Part shown: piece after piece, positions 1 to 9,423 of the stretch
Layout of the letters: each line of letters starts with the position of its first letter
Position numbering within the stretch: position 1 is the first letter of the stretch
DNA from: Gemmatimonadota bacterium
Lineage (GTDB): Bacteria > Gemmatimonadota > Gemmatimonadetes > Longimicrobiales > Gaopeijiaceae
Direction of reading: 5' to 3'
Length of the DNA stretch: 64,000 nt
Assembly: GCA_034521595.1 (NCBI GenBank)
Contig: JAXHMG010000003.1
Coordinates: 896,001 to 960,000 of the forward strand
Position numbers and translations under genes: made by a program
Notes under the pieces: model-generated
What the model was told of the DNA's origin: nothing
Database searches by the model: none
Seen by the model: only the letters and a program-made list of their open reading frames with translations

Positions 1-1747
1 GCAGAACACCTCCGGGGGGAACAACGCGCAGGGGTTGACGCTCAACGCATTCCGCCAGGAGCGGAACTACCTGGCGAGTAAGGACCCTCGGGATATCGCG
101 ATCGTTCTGGACTATGACCTGCAGCAGCGGATCGAGCGTTTGAGTTCGGGCATCACCCTGACGTACTCTCCGCTGTCCAACCTGACCAACCGTTTCACGG
201 TCGGTTACGACTTCTCCTCGCAGGAAGGGCGCAACCTCCGGAACTTCGGTTATCCGCAGTTCCCGCAGGGCGGCCTCATGAACGACACGTGGCAAAAGCG
301 CATCCTCACGTTCGACTACGTCGGAACGTACAGCTTCGACGTGACCGACGCGGTGCGGTCCAACTTCTCGTGGGGCGGGCAGGCCATCGGAGACGAGGTG
401 CGTCAGGTGCAGGCATGGGGTGAGGACTTTCCCGGTGCCGCCGAACCCACGGTCGGCTCTGCCGCGCAGACGATCGCGAACGAGGAGAGGCAGAAGATCT
501 GGAACGCCGGGTTCTTCTTCCAGAACGTCTTCGACATCAACGACCAGTACTTCGTCACTGCGGGTGTGCGCGTCGATGGGAACAGCGCGTTCGGTGAAGG
601 CTTCGGGTTGCAGACCTATCCGAAGGTGAGCGGTACCTGGGTCATCAGTGACGCGGATTTCTGGTCCGAGAGCATGGGCTCCGTGAAGCTCCGGGCAGCT
701 TACGGTCAGTCCGGGCGCGCTCCCGGAGCGTTCGATGCCGTGCGGACGTGGGAGGCGGCGGGCTTCGCCGGCCAGCCGGCCTTCGTGCCGGAGAACCTGG
801 GCAACTCGGACCTGGGGCCGGAAGTGACCGCGGAGTGGGAGGTCGGCTTCGACGGCTCCTGGCTCCAGGACCGGATCTCGGCACAGTTCACCTATTACGA
901 TCAGACGACGACCGACGCCCTCATGAGCGTGGGGAGCATCCCGTCGGAAGGTTTCACGCAGAGTCAGCTCGAGAACGTCGGTGAGCTCAGCAACAAGGGT
1001 ATGGAGCTCCAAGTCGACGGTGCGGTCGTCCAGGGGGCGGATTGGGGGTGGGATGTCGGCCTCGGCATCTCGACCAACAACTCCGAAGTCGTCGACCTCG
1101 GTGGTATCCAGGAGTTCAGCGACCTGAACGGCCGGATCATCGAAGGGGAGCCGGTTCCGGTCATGTGGGACCGGCGAGTCGCCAACCCTGACGAGATCGC
1201 CGAGTTCGAGTACGAGAACGGGGGCGAGAACGTGGTCATCGGCCCCGGATTGCCGACGCACTTCCTGACCCCGAACATGTCCTTCCGGATGCCGGGCAAC
1301 ATCACGCTCTCCGCGCGAGGCGAGTACCGGGGCGGACACTACATGGAGATCAACGAGATTTCCATCGGCCGGTCGGTACGCTCACCACTGTGCTTTCCCT
1401 ACTACGTCGATCCGGCCAACTCGATCGAGCTCGAGGAAGATACCCCGGCTCTGTGGCGGGAGCGTTGCACGCCCGGCGCCGCGGACGACTACTGGTTCGA
1501 CGCCGACTATTTCAAGCTGCGGAGCGTGAGTGCCACGGTCCCGGTCGACTTCGCGTTTCCGGATCGGGTCAGCAACGCCACCATAACCCTCGCCCTGAAT
1601 AACGCGTGGGACTGGTACCGTGAGATCCCGTGGTACGACCCGGAGGTCCTCGGGAACGCCGCCGCCAACGACGATGGGGTCGGGAACCAGACCGAACGCG
1701 TTCCCGCGCCCGCGACCTTCCGCATTGCCCTCCGCGTCACGTTCTGA
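1..1747 (+). CDS. SusC/RagA-family TonB-dependent outer-membrane receptor (5' part outside window)
   Basis: Open frame from the window edge; motifs GVRVDGNSAFG, KLRAAYGQSG, GNSDLGPE..EWEVG, NVGELSNKGMEL, DYFKLRSVS; C-terminal F; followed by a SusD-like gene. Confidence 0.92.
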   Translation, partial: QNTSGGNNAQGLTLNAFRQERNYLASKDPRDIAIVLDYDLQQRIERLSSGITLTYSPLSNLTNRFTVGYDFSSQEGRNLRNFGYPQFPQGGLMNDTWQKRILTFDYVGTYSFDVTDAVRSNFSWGGQAIGDEVRQVQAWGEDFPGAAEPTVGSAAQTIANEERQKIWNAGFFFQNVFDINDQYFVTAGVRVDGNSAFGEGFGLQTYPKVSGTWVISDADFWSESMGSVKLRAAYGQSGRAPGAFDAVRTWEAAGFAGQPAFVPENLGNSDLGPEVTAEWEVGFDGSWLQDRISAQFTYYDQTTTDALMSVGSIPSEGFTQSQLENVGELSNKGMELQVDGAVVQGADWGWDVGLGISTNNSEVVDLGGIQEFSDLNGRIIEGEPVPVMWDRRVANPDEIAEFEYENGGENVVIGPGLPTHFLTPNMSFRMPGNITLSARGEYRGGHYMEINEISIGRSVRSPLCFPYYVDPANSIELEEDTPALWRERCTPGAADDYWFDADYFKLRSVSATVPVDFAFPDRVSNATITLALNNAWDWYREIPWYDPEVLGNAAANDDGVGNQTERVPAPATFRIALRVTF

Positions 1748-1760
1748 GGAGGGACGAGAG

Positions 1761-3086
1761 ATGAACTACATGACGAAACGACAGGAACGGGCTGCCGCCG
1801 CCGTACGGCGGTTGACGGGAGCCGCGACCGCAATCTTCACGATCGCGCTGCTGAGCGCCTGCGACGTGACCAACCCCGGCCCCGTGCAGGACGAGTTCCT
1901 CGGGGACGAGGAATCCCAGCCGGGACTGGTCAATGGCTCCATCCGCAGGCTCTCGGAGCTCACGACGTGGACCGCATACACGACCGCGCTCCTATCGAGG
2001 GAGATCTTTCCGGGCGGACAGACCGGAGCGGGCGGACACGACGTGTCGACTCAGGGCGGGCATGTGCAGCCCGGGAGCTACGGCGGTTATTTCGACGACG
2101 CGCAGCAGGCCCGGTTCATCGCCGAGGAAGCGATCGAGCGCTTCAACGACGTGGGGGCGTCGGACGACATGCTCTACCAGGCCCACCTCTGGGCCGGATA
2201 CGCGTACCGGGCGCTCGGAGAGAACTGGTGTGATGCCGTGATCGACGGTAGCGGCATTCAGCCCGGTAGCGTCTACTTCGAGAACGCGGTGGAGAACTTC
2301 ACCGATGCGCTGAGCTATGCTGCGAATGAAGAGGAGCGCCTCCCCGCGCTCGCGGGCCGGGCCGCGGCCCGGGTGTGGCTTGGGGAATGGGGCGACGCGG
2401 CGGCTGATGCCGAGCAAGTACCGGACGATTTCGCTTTCTGGCTCGAGATGGATCAGACCGGCAGCACGTCGTACCACAACTGGCTCTACTTCGCCAACGC
2501 GAACCGCCCTTACCGGTCCTACTCCATCTGGAACACCTTCTTCGAGGACTACTACACGAACACGGGCGATCCTCGCACGCCGTGGACGGACGACCCCGAC
2601 GAGCCGTTCGCGAACGCGGCGCTCTCCGGGTACGGACAGATTCCGTGGACGAACCAGCTCAAGTACACGAGCCGGGACGACGACATGCGGCTCGCCAGTG
2701 GCTGGGAGATGCTGCTGATCCGTGCCGAGGCCATACTCGAGGGTGGTGCACCCGGTGACTACACCGACGCCATGGACCTCATCAACGAGGTGCGGACGCG
2801 GAACGTGAGCGACAATGATGACCAGCCGCTCGAGGCGTGGAACGCGACCGACGAGACGGAAGCGTGGACGTTCCTCAAGCGGGAGCGCGCGATCGAGCTC
2901 TGGCTCGAAGGACGCCGGCTCGGCGACGAGCGCCGCTGGATGGAGAACGGCACGCCCGGCGAGCTCGACACGCCCGACTGGAGTGAGATCTCACCGATCT
3001 TCACCGAGAACCCGCGGTCGTTCTGCTTCGATATTCCCGACTCGGAGCGCGACGCGAACCCCGAGGTGCCGACGACGTCCGGTTGA
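1761..3086 (+). CDS. RagB/SusD-family nutrient-binding lipoprotein
   Basis: GAGGAG RBS before ATG 1761; lipobox LLSAC; motifs EMLLIRAEA and RERAIELWLEGRRLGD; directly downstream of SusC. Confidence 0.9.
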   Translation: MNYMTKRQERAAAAVRRLTGAATAIFTIALLSACDVTNPGPVQDEFLGDEESQPGLVNGSIRRLSELTTWTAYTTALLSREIFPGGQTGAGGHDVSTQGGHVQPGSYGGYFDDAQQARFIAEEAIERFNDVGASDDMLYQAHLWAGYAYRALGENWCDAVIDGSGIQPGSVYFENAVENFTDALSYAANEEERLPALAGRAAARVWLGEWGDAAADAEQVPDDFAFWLEMDQTGSTSYHNWLYFANANRPYRSYSIWNTFFEDYYTNTGDPRTPWTDDPDEPFANAALSGYGQIPWTNQLKYTSRDDDMRLASGWEMLLIRAEAILEGGAPGDYTDAMDLINEVRTRNVSDNDDQPLEAWNATDETEAWTFLKRERAIELWLEGRRLGDERRWMENGTPGELDTPDWSEISPIFTENPRSFCFDIPDSERDANPEVPTTSG

Positions 3087-3133
3087 CTCGTGAGCCGGCG
3101 GTTGCTGGAACGCACCGCCGACGTGAAAAGAAG

Positions 3134-3168
3134 GAGGGGTGGAACGGACCCGTGCCGTTCCACCCCTC
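3134..3168. terminator. Probable bidirectional intrinsic terminator
   Basis: 14-bp stem GAGGGGTGGAACGG/CCGTTCCACCCCTC with AAAAG on the left and TCTTT on the right, between convergent genes. Confidence 0.75.
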
Positions 3169-3195
3169 TCTTTACGCCTGCCGGCCGGACCGTGT

Positions 3196-3573
3196 CTAGA
3201 ACGGCAGGTCGTCGTCGTAGTCGGTCGTGTCGGTCGGCTCCTCCGGGAAGTTGGCCGACGGGCCGGCCGGCTCGGGCTGCCCCTGGGCTCCGTCCGGAGC
3301 CGCGCCTTCTCGCTCGATCCGCCAAGCCTTCACGTCCGTATACCATCGCCCTTTGAATTCCCGGCTCTGGACATCGACGTGCGCGGTGAGCCGCTCGCCC
3401 TCCTGCACGGCGAACTGTTCGATGTTGTCACCCCACTGGAGGATGCATACGTCCTTCGGGTATTTGCCCTCGGTCTGGAGGATGAACTCCTGCTTGCGCC
3501 AGGGACCTTTCTTGCTCTCGCCCGACTGCTCCTCGAGCACCTGCTTCACCGTTCCCGTGATCCTGAGATCCAT
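3196..3573 (-). CDS. DUF3127-family protein (OB-fold-like, SSB-type acidic tail)
   Basis: MDLRITGTV..SGESKKGPWRKQEFIL..YPKDVC..SREFKGRWYTDVKAWRI; ends DDDLPF. Confidence 0.85.
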   Translation of the reverse strand: MDLRITGTVKQVLEEQSGESKKGPWRKQEFILQTEGKYPKDVCILQWGDNIEQFAVQEGERLTAHVDVQSREFKGRWYTDVKAWRIEREGAAPDGAQGQPEPAGPSANFPEEPTDTTDYDDDLPF

Positions 3574-3654
3574 GGCGACTCGCGACTCCGTAGCGTGATG
3601 AGGCGTATGCGGTCCGTCCGACCGCACCTGAACCTAGAGGGGTGGGCGCGTGAC

Positions 3655-4236
3655 TCAAGGGACGGAGTCGGGTTTCTCGCCGAGGAGCCGGCCCACCGCG
3701 GCTCTGAGCGCCGGAGGTGTGAAATATCCCACGACGCGGTGGCGAAGGACCCCATTCCGGTCGATCAGGAAGGTCGTCGGGATCCCGGCGATCCCTCCGA
3801 ACGCCCGCCTTTGCTCAGCCGTTGCACGGGCGATCGGGAAGGTGATCCCCCGTTCATCGACATATTCGCGTATCGGACGCTCGGATCCTGCGTCCGTCGA
3901 CAGCCCCACCACGACCACCCCGTCGTCGGCCCGGTCTTCGTGTAACGATTGCAGCGACGGCATCTCCAGCCGACACGGCCCGCACCATGTCGCCCAGAAG
4001 TTCACGACGACCACGCGCCCCTCCAGCTCCGCCGCCCGAATCGTGTCCCCGTCGAGCGTCACGACCGTGTAGTCCGGCGCGCGCCCCAGATCGGGCGCCA
4101 CTCCCGTGAGCGCTCCGAGCTGCGGACCCAGCCGGTAGAGCACGAACCCGAGCACCCCGACCCAGATGACGCGCTCGACCCACGTCCGCCAGGCACCGCG
4201 CGATCTCGACTCGTTCGTTCGCTCCTCGTCCGTCAT
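3655..4236 (-). CDS. TlpA/ResA-family thiol-disulfide oxidoreductase
   Basis: N-terminal TM helix; VVNFWATWCGPCRLEMP; GIPTTFLIDRNG. Confidence 0.9.
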   Translation of the reverse strand: MTDEERTNESRSRGAWRTWVERVIWVGVLGFVLYRLGPQLGALTGVAPDLGRAPDYTVVTLDGDTIRAAELEGRVVVVNFWATWCGPCRLEMPSLQSLHEDRADDGVVVVGLSTDAGSERPIREYVDERGITFPIARATAEQRRAFGGIAGIPTTFLIDRNGVLRHRVVGYFTPPALRAAVGRLLGEKPDSVP

Positions 4237-4386
4237 ACCGCCAGGAACCCCACCCACCCGCCACGGGTCCCCACTCGATGCGCATCGCTCGGTGTGGCGC
4301 GTGGCAACGAGTAAGATGTGAGCCGGCGCAAAGACGAGGCGAGGTGCACGCCTGGAACCGCCCGCACACGGCCGGTAGGATTGGGC

Positions 4387-6945
4387 ATGCCTGACCGCCC
4401 TCGCCCCTCGCTTCCCGACCTCCCCGTCCTCCCCGCCCTCGACGAGGTCGGACGCGCGCTCTCGGAGCACCGGGGCGCGGTGCTCGTCGCTCCGCCGGGC
4501 GCCGGGAAGACCACGCTCGTGCCGCTGGCGGTCCTGGACGCGGATTGGTTGGGGGCGGGCAAGATCATCGTGCTGGAGCCTCGCCGGCTGGCCGCCCGCT
4601 CGGCGGCCCGGCGCATGGCGTCTCTTCTGGGAGAGAAGGATGTGGGCGGCACCGTGGGATACCGGGTGCGGATGGATACGAAGGTCGGGCCCGGGACCCG
4701 CATCGAGGTCGTGACCGAGGGCGTCTTGACCCGGATGCTACTCGACGATCCGGCGCTCGAAGACATCGGGCTGGTCATCTTCGACGAGTTCCACGAGCGG
4801 TCGTTGCACGCCGACCTGGGGCTCGCCCTCTCGCTGCAGTCTCGCCAGCTCCTGAGGAACGAATTGCGACTGCTGGTGATGTCCGCCACGCTGGACCCGA
4901 CGCCGGTGGCGGAGCTCCTGGACGATGCGCCGATCATACGGAGCGAAGGCCGGAGCCATCCGGTGGAAACGCGGTGGCGGGACCGGCCCGTGGACGGGTG
5001 GATCGAGCCCCCGACGGTGAGCGCGGTTCTGGACGCGCTGGAGACGGACGAGGGCGACGTCCTCGTCTTCCTCCCGGGGGCGGGGGAGATCCGGCGGACG
5101 GCCGACCGGCTCCGGGAGGCCGGGCTGCCGGACGGGGTGGACCTCTACCCACTCTTCGGGGCGCTCCCCAGGGCCGAGCAGGACCGGGCCATCATCCCGA
5201 GCCCGGAAGGCCGCAGGAAGATCGTGCTCGCGACGTCGATCGCCGAGACGTCCCTCACTATCGAGGGTGTGCGGGTGGTGGTCGACAGCGGCCGGATGCG
5301 CGTTCCGCGCTTCGACCCGGGGAGCGGGATGACACGACTCACGACCGTGACCGTGACACGGGACGCGGCGGATCAGCGTCGCGGGCGCGCGGGCCGGACC
5401 GCGCCGGGGGTCTGCTACCGGCTGTGGACGAAAGCGGAAGATCGGGGGCTGGTGCCCAGTCGCAGGCCCGAGATCGAGGAGGCCGATCTCGCGCCACTCG
5501 CCCTGGACCTCGCGGCATGGGGCGCCAGGCCGGAGGAGCTCCGCTGGATGACGCCTCCCCCCGAGGCTTCGCTCGCGCAGGCCAGCGAGCTGCTGCGCGA
5601 GCTCGACGCCCTCGACGGTGACGACGTGGTCACGGCGCACGGCCGTGCACTGGCCGGGATGAGTGTGCACCCGCGCTTGGCGCACATGTTGGTGCGGGGC
5701 AGGGAGCTGGGCCATGGAGGCATCGCCTGCGACCTCGCCGCGCTGCTCGGTGACCGGGACATCCTCGACGCTCCGGAACGTCCGCCGGACGCCGATCTCC
5801 GCCTCCGGGTCGAGGCCATGCGACGGGCCCGCGCTCGCACGAGCGCCCATGCCAGCGGTGCCCGCGGCCATCGTGTGCGCAAAGGAGCGCTCGATCGGGC
5901 CCTCCGCGAGGCACGCCACCTACGGCGGTCGCTCGGCACGGGGGAAGGGGACGGCGACCCGGCCGAGGTGGAGCACGTGGGGCTCCTGCTCGCGTTCGCC
6001 TATCCCGACCGGGTCGGCCGGCGCAGGGAGGGGAGCCGCGGACGCTTCCTGCTTCGGAACGGAATGGGCGCACGGCTCACGGAAGAGCAGGGGCTCGGCG
6101 ACGCCGACTGGATCGTCGCGGCGGATCTGGACGCCCGGGGGCCGGACGCCCGGATCTTCCTCGCGGCCCCGCTCGAGCAGGAAGACGTCGAGCGATACTT
6201 CGCGGAGCACGTGCGCACGGTCGAGGACATAGCCTGGAGCGAAGAGGCGGGCCGCGTGGAGGCCCACCGCCGGGAGGTCCTGGGCGCGATCACCGTGCGC
6301 GAGGCGCCCTTGAAGGATCCCCCGAGAGATGCGGTGCTGGCGGCGCTCCTGGACGGCATCCGGTCGGAGGGGGTCGGAAGCCTGCCATGGACTCGGGACA
6401 GCGAGCGTCTACGGGATCGCCTCCTCTTTCTCCACGAGCTCGCCCCGGAGCGCTGGCCCGATCGCTCGGACGAGGCCCTGCTCACGGGCCTGGAGGAGTG
6501 GCTCCTGCCGTTCCTGGCCGGCCTCGAGTCCTCCCGCCGACTCGGGGACCTCGCCCGGATCGATTTCGACGAGGCGCTCCTGACGGGCATCGACTGGGCC
6601 GATCGGGCGCGGCTCGACGAATGGGCCCCGACGCACCTGGAGGTGCCCAGCGGCGCACGCGTGCCGATCGACTACTCCGATCCGAAGGCTCCGGCGCTCG
6701 CCGTTCGGCTGCAGCAGGTCTTCGGGATGACGGAGACGCCCCGTATCGGGGGTGGCCGGGTCCCGCTCACGATGAAGCTACTCTCTCCGGCCCAACGCCC
6801 CATTCAAGTGACGCGTGACCTGGAGAGCTTCTGGCGGGAGGCGTACTTCGAGGTCCGGAAGGACCTCCGAGGGCGCTACCCGAAGCATCCCTGGCCGGAG
6901 GACCCCATGGCCGCCGAGCCCACGAATCGGACCAAGGGGCGGTGA
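4387..6945 (+). CDS. hrpB: ATP-dependent helicase HrpB
   Basis: APPGAGKTT, EPRRLAAR, DEFHER, MSATL, ATSIAETSLTI, QRRGRAGR, C-terminal RGRYPKHPWPEDP. Confidence 0.95.
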   Translation: MPDRPRPSLPDLPVLPALDEVGRALSEHRGAVLVAPPGAGKTTLVPLAVLDADWLGAGKIIVLEPRRLAARSAARRMASLLGEKDVGGTVGYRVRMDTKVGPGTRIEVVTEGVLTRMLLDDPALEDIGLVIFDEFHERSLHADLGLALSLQSRQLLRNELRLLVMSATLDPTPVAELLDDAPIIRSEGRSHPVETRWRDRPVDGWIEPPTVSAVLDALETDEGDVLVFLPGAGEIRRTADRLREAGLPDGVDLYPLFGALPRAEQDRAIIPSPEGRRKIVLATSIAETSLTIEGVRVVVDSGRMRVPRFDPGSGMTRLTTVTVTRDAADQRRGRAGRTAPGVCYRLWTKAEDRGLVPSRRPEIEEADLAPLALDLAAWGARPEELRWMTPPPEASLAQASELLRELDALDGDDVVTAHGRALAGMSVHPRLAHMLVRGRELGHGGIACDLAALLGDRDILDAPERPPDADLRLRVEAMRRARARTSAHASGARGHRVRKGALDRALREARHLRRSLGTGEGDGDPAEVEHVGLLLAFAYPDRVGRRREGSRGRFLLRNGMGARLTEEQGLGDADWIVAADLDARGPDARIFLAAPLEQEDVERYFAEHVRTVEDIAWSEEAGRVEAHRREVLGAITVREAPLKDPPRDAVLAALLDGIRSEGVGSLPWTRDSERLRDRLLFLHELAPERWPDRSDEALLTGLEEWLLPFLAGLESSRRLGDLARIDFDEALLTGIDWADRARLDEWAPTHLEVPSGARVPIDYSDPKAPALAVRLQQVFGMTETPRIGGGRVPLTMKLLSPAQRPIQVTRDLESFWREAYFEVRKDLRGRYPKHPWPEDPMAAEPTNRTKGR

Positions 6946-7020
6946 AGCGTCCGGTGCCAGAGCTGCCCCCGAGGCTGAGCGCGAGGGTAGTCGGCGCGGG
7001 TAGCCGACGCCGTCCCCTGC

Positions 7021-7491
7021 TCACCTCGCGCCTTCGACCGTTTCGAGGGCTTCGGACGCGCTCAAGCGGCCGACCGGACCGCTCGAGTAGCTCGCGAGCC
7101 GCACCACACCTTCAGGATCGAGGATGAACTGAGCGGGCTGAAGGTGGGTCTTGGCTCCCTCCTCGATGTACAGCCCGAAGTGGTCCCGAATTTCGTGGAC
7201 GTCGACGCCGTAGAGCACCGGGAAGGTCAGGCCCTCCTCCGTTTCCATCTGCCGCGCGCCCTCCTCCTCATCCGCCGAGATGGCGACGATGGCGACGTCG
7301 GCCTCGTCGTAGGCTTCGGAGTGCTCTGCCAGACCGGCCAACTGCCGGTGGCAGTGCCGTCACCAGTGGCCTCGGTAGAAGGTGACCAGAGCCCAGCGAC
7401 CCTCCAGGTCGTCGGGAAGGGTCATAGGGCCGCCCGTGGTGGAATCGGCGGTCAGCGTTGGAAAGCGATCTCCGTTTTCTAGATGTGCCAT
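7021..7491 (-). CDS. Peroxiredoxin-like (AhpC/TSA) selenoprotein, Sec at codon 44 (UxxC)
   Basis: Two in-frame ORFs joined by TGA at 7360-7362 give FYRGHW-U-RHCHRQL, where this family has FYRGxWCxxC; SECIS-like hairpin immediately 3' of the UGA. Confidence 0.85.
7326..7354 (-). promoter_or_regulatory. Candidate bacterial SECIS element
   Basis: mRNA UGA-CGGCA-CUGCCA-CCGGC-[AGUUG]-GCCGG-UC-UGGCAG: 6+5 bp stems, GU in the apical loop, loop 16 nt after the UGA. Confidence 0.72.
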
Positions 7492-7607
7492 GGTTGACCC
7501 CTCGTCGGTGTGCGGGAGCATGTTTGGCGACTCATGAATGTAAACACGATGGAGGCCGGTCGGTGTTCCCTCGGGGACGACCCGCCTCACGGATTCGCCA
7601 CGCTTGG

Positions 7608-7644
7608 TATACATAGCGCCATAATGTATAATGCTGCTATGTAT
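7608..7644. promoter_or_regulatory. Putative PadR operator/promoter
   Basis: TATACAT-N9-ATGTATA (7608-7630) within a larger ATACATAGC..GCTATGTAT inverted repeat; overlaps a TATAAT; lies upstream of padR. Confidence 0.65.
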
Positions 7645-7686
7645 CCTAGGACTCGCGCTCGTGCACTCTTCGCCCCGGGTGAGATC

Positions 7687-8073
7687 ATGGAGATCAACAA
7701 GGACCTGATCGCCGCTTCCTCGACTCCGATCGTCCTGGCGATCCTGGCCGAGGAGGACAGCTACGGCTACGCCATTCTCCAGCGAGTGCGGGAGCTGTCC
7801 GGAGGGCGGATGGAGTGGACGGACGGGATGCTCTATCCCGTGCTGCACCGACTCGAGCGGCTCGGACACATCGAGGCACGGTGGGAGGTCGCGGAGACGG
7901 GCCGCCGCCGCAAGTACTACCGGATCACGGCTCAAGGACGGGCGCAGCTCGCCGAGGAACAGAGGCAGTGGCAGACCGTGGATGCGACGCTACGGGGCAT
8001 CTGGCGGGCGCTCTCCCTCCCCGTACCGGACAGCCACCCGGCGTCAGCCACGCCGCTCCCCGAGGGAGCCTGA
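7687..8073 (+). CDS. PadR-family transcriptional regulator
   Basis: ILAEEDSYGYAILQRV, DGMLYPVLHRLE, RRRKYYRIT. Confidence 0.93.
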   Translation: MEINKDLIAASSTPIVLAILAEEDSYGYAILQRVRELSGGRMEWTDGMLYPVLHRLERLGHIEARWEVAETGRRRKYYRITAQGRAQLAEEQRQWQTVDATLRGIWRALSLPVPDSHPASATPLPEGA

Positions 8074-8076
8074 GTC

Positions 8077-8770
8077 ATGCCGTCGCCGGGTGCGGCCGTA
8101 TCACTCGAGGAACAGATCGACCAATGGCGGAGCTACCTTCGGCGCCGGCAGGCGATCGATTCCGTCGACGTCGCGGAATTGGAGGACCATTTGCGCGAGC
8201 AGATCGCGGGTCTGGCCCAGGCCGGCCTTGCGACCGATGAGGCGTTCCTGGTCGCGGTCAAGCGTATGGGTGACCTCGACGCCCTCTCGCGAGAATTCGC
8301 CCGCGAACATTCGGACCGGCTACGGACTTCGGTTTCTACGCGCGGAACCTGAGCTTTTTCGTCCTTCCACTGCTGACCGGCTATTTCGCGTGGAAGCGAC
8401 GGACCGGTGCCGGCACGCTCCGTTGGCTGGCGACTGCGTTCGTCGCGGCGGCCGTGTTCGCCAACGCTTATCCGCTCACGCCGGGGGGCTCCACCGAGGC
8501 GCTCACGGCGTTGCACCTACCGATCGCGCTCTGGCTCGTGGTGGGTATCGCGTACGCCTCGAGTCGCTGGTGGGAGATGGAGGGCCGCATGGACTTCATC
8601 CGGTTTTCCGGCGAGCTGTTCATCTACTACGTCCTGATCGCGCTCGGTGCCGGCGTCCTGACCGGGTTCATGGCGCTGATCTTCCAGTCGATCGGGAGAT
8701 GCTCATCGCGTTCGACCTGCTCCTGGTGGTGGTTCTGGGGCTTCTGCTCTATTCCATCTCCGCCCGTGAC
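8077..8770 (+). pseudogene. Permease-prefix-domain membrane protein, fragmented by deletions and frameshifts
   Basis: N-terminal ELEDHL..DEAFLVAVKRMG prefix domain, then collinear pieces in different frames (FYARNLSFFVLP; LHLPIALW..RMDFIRFSGE; IAFDLLLVVVLGLLLYSISARD). Confidence 0.7.
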
Positions 8771-8921
8771 CTCGGCGGACCTGCCCCGCGTACTGTGCGA
8801 GAGCGGTACGTCGTCCCGTCCATCGCTCGTGCGGTCGCGGCGGCCCTGGCCGATGCCGCGGCTCCGGCGCCGCTGGAGTCACTCAACCAACGCAGTGTCC
8901 GGTGAACCCGGGGCGGTTCAC

Positions 8922-9368
8922 TCATCCGTCGGACTGATGGATGTTGATGACGTCGTCGCGCAGTAGATCCCTGCCGAGGAACTCCTTCTCTTCCTCACGC
9001 ATGTGCGCCATGAGCTTCTCGATGGCGGGCAGGGCCGCGTTCACGGCCGCGGGAAACTCCGGGAGCTCGCCAGCGGCCCGGATCTGCTCGGCGATCTCCC
9101 GATGCTCCTCACGGTGATGGTTGTCCATACGGGTCAGGCGTTCGGAACCCCAGGCGTCGAGGGTGGGCAGGACTTCGCCGAGCAGGTGCTCCTCACGAGC
9201 ATTGTGGGCATCGATGCCGTCCCCGAGCTCGTGGAGAAGTCCGGAAAGTTGATCGCGCGCATCCGCACCTGACGGACGCTCGGCCAGCTCGCGCACCTTT
9301 GCGGCCAGAAGCTTCAGCGATGCATGCTGGTCCATCAACTCTTTCCGGATTTCCGTTAAATCCTTCAT
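8922..9368 (-). CDS. Hemerythrin-like (HHE cation-binding) domain protein
   Basis: Helical H..HxxxEE..EH..HxxEEE pattern: DQH, AHNAREE, EEHREI, AHMREEE. Confidence 0.75.
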   Translation of the reverse strand: MKDLTEIRKELMDQHASLKLLAAKVRELAERPSGADARDQLSGLLHELGDGIDAHNAREEHLLGEVLPTLDAWGSERLTRMDNHHREEHREIAEQIRAAGELPEFPAAVNAALPAIEKLMAHMREEEKEFLGRDLLRDDVINIHQSDG

Positions 9369-9423
9369 GCGAGCGCTCCGTCTTCGTAGGTGACAAAAGG
9401 TCCTTCGTCGGATTCGTTGCAGC

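Noticed and set aside
7510-7686. N-terminal extensions in the ORF track (padR, susD, DUF4382, psd, ABC ATPase and others)
   Set aside because: Family homology and RBS position point to downstream starts; the extensions cover promoter or neighbouring-gene DNA.
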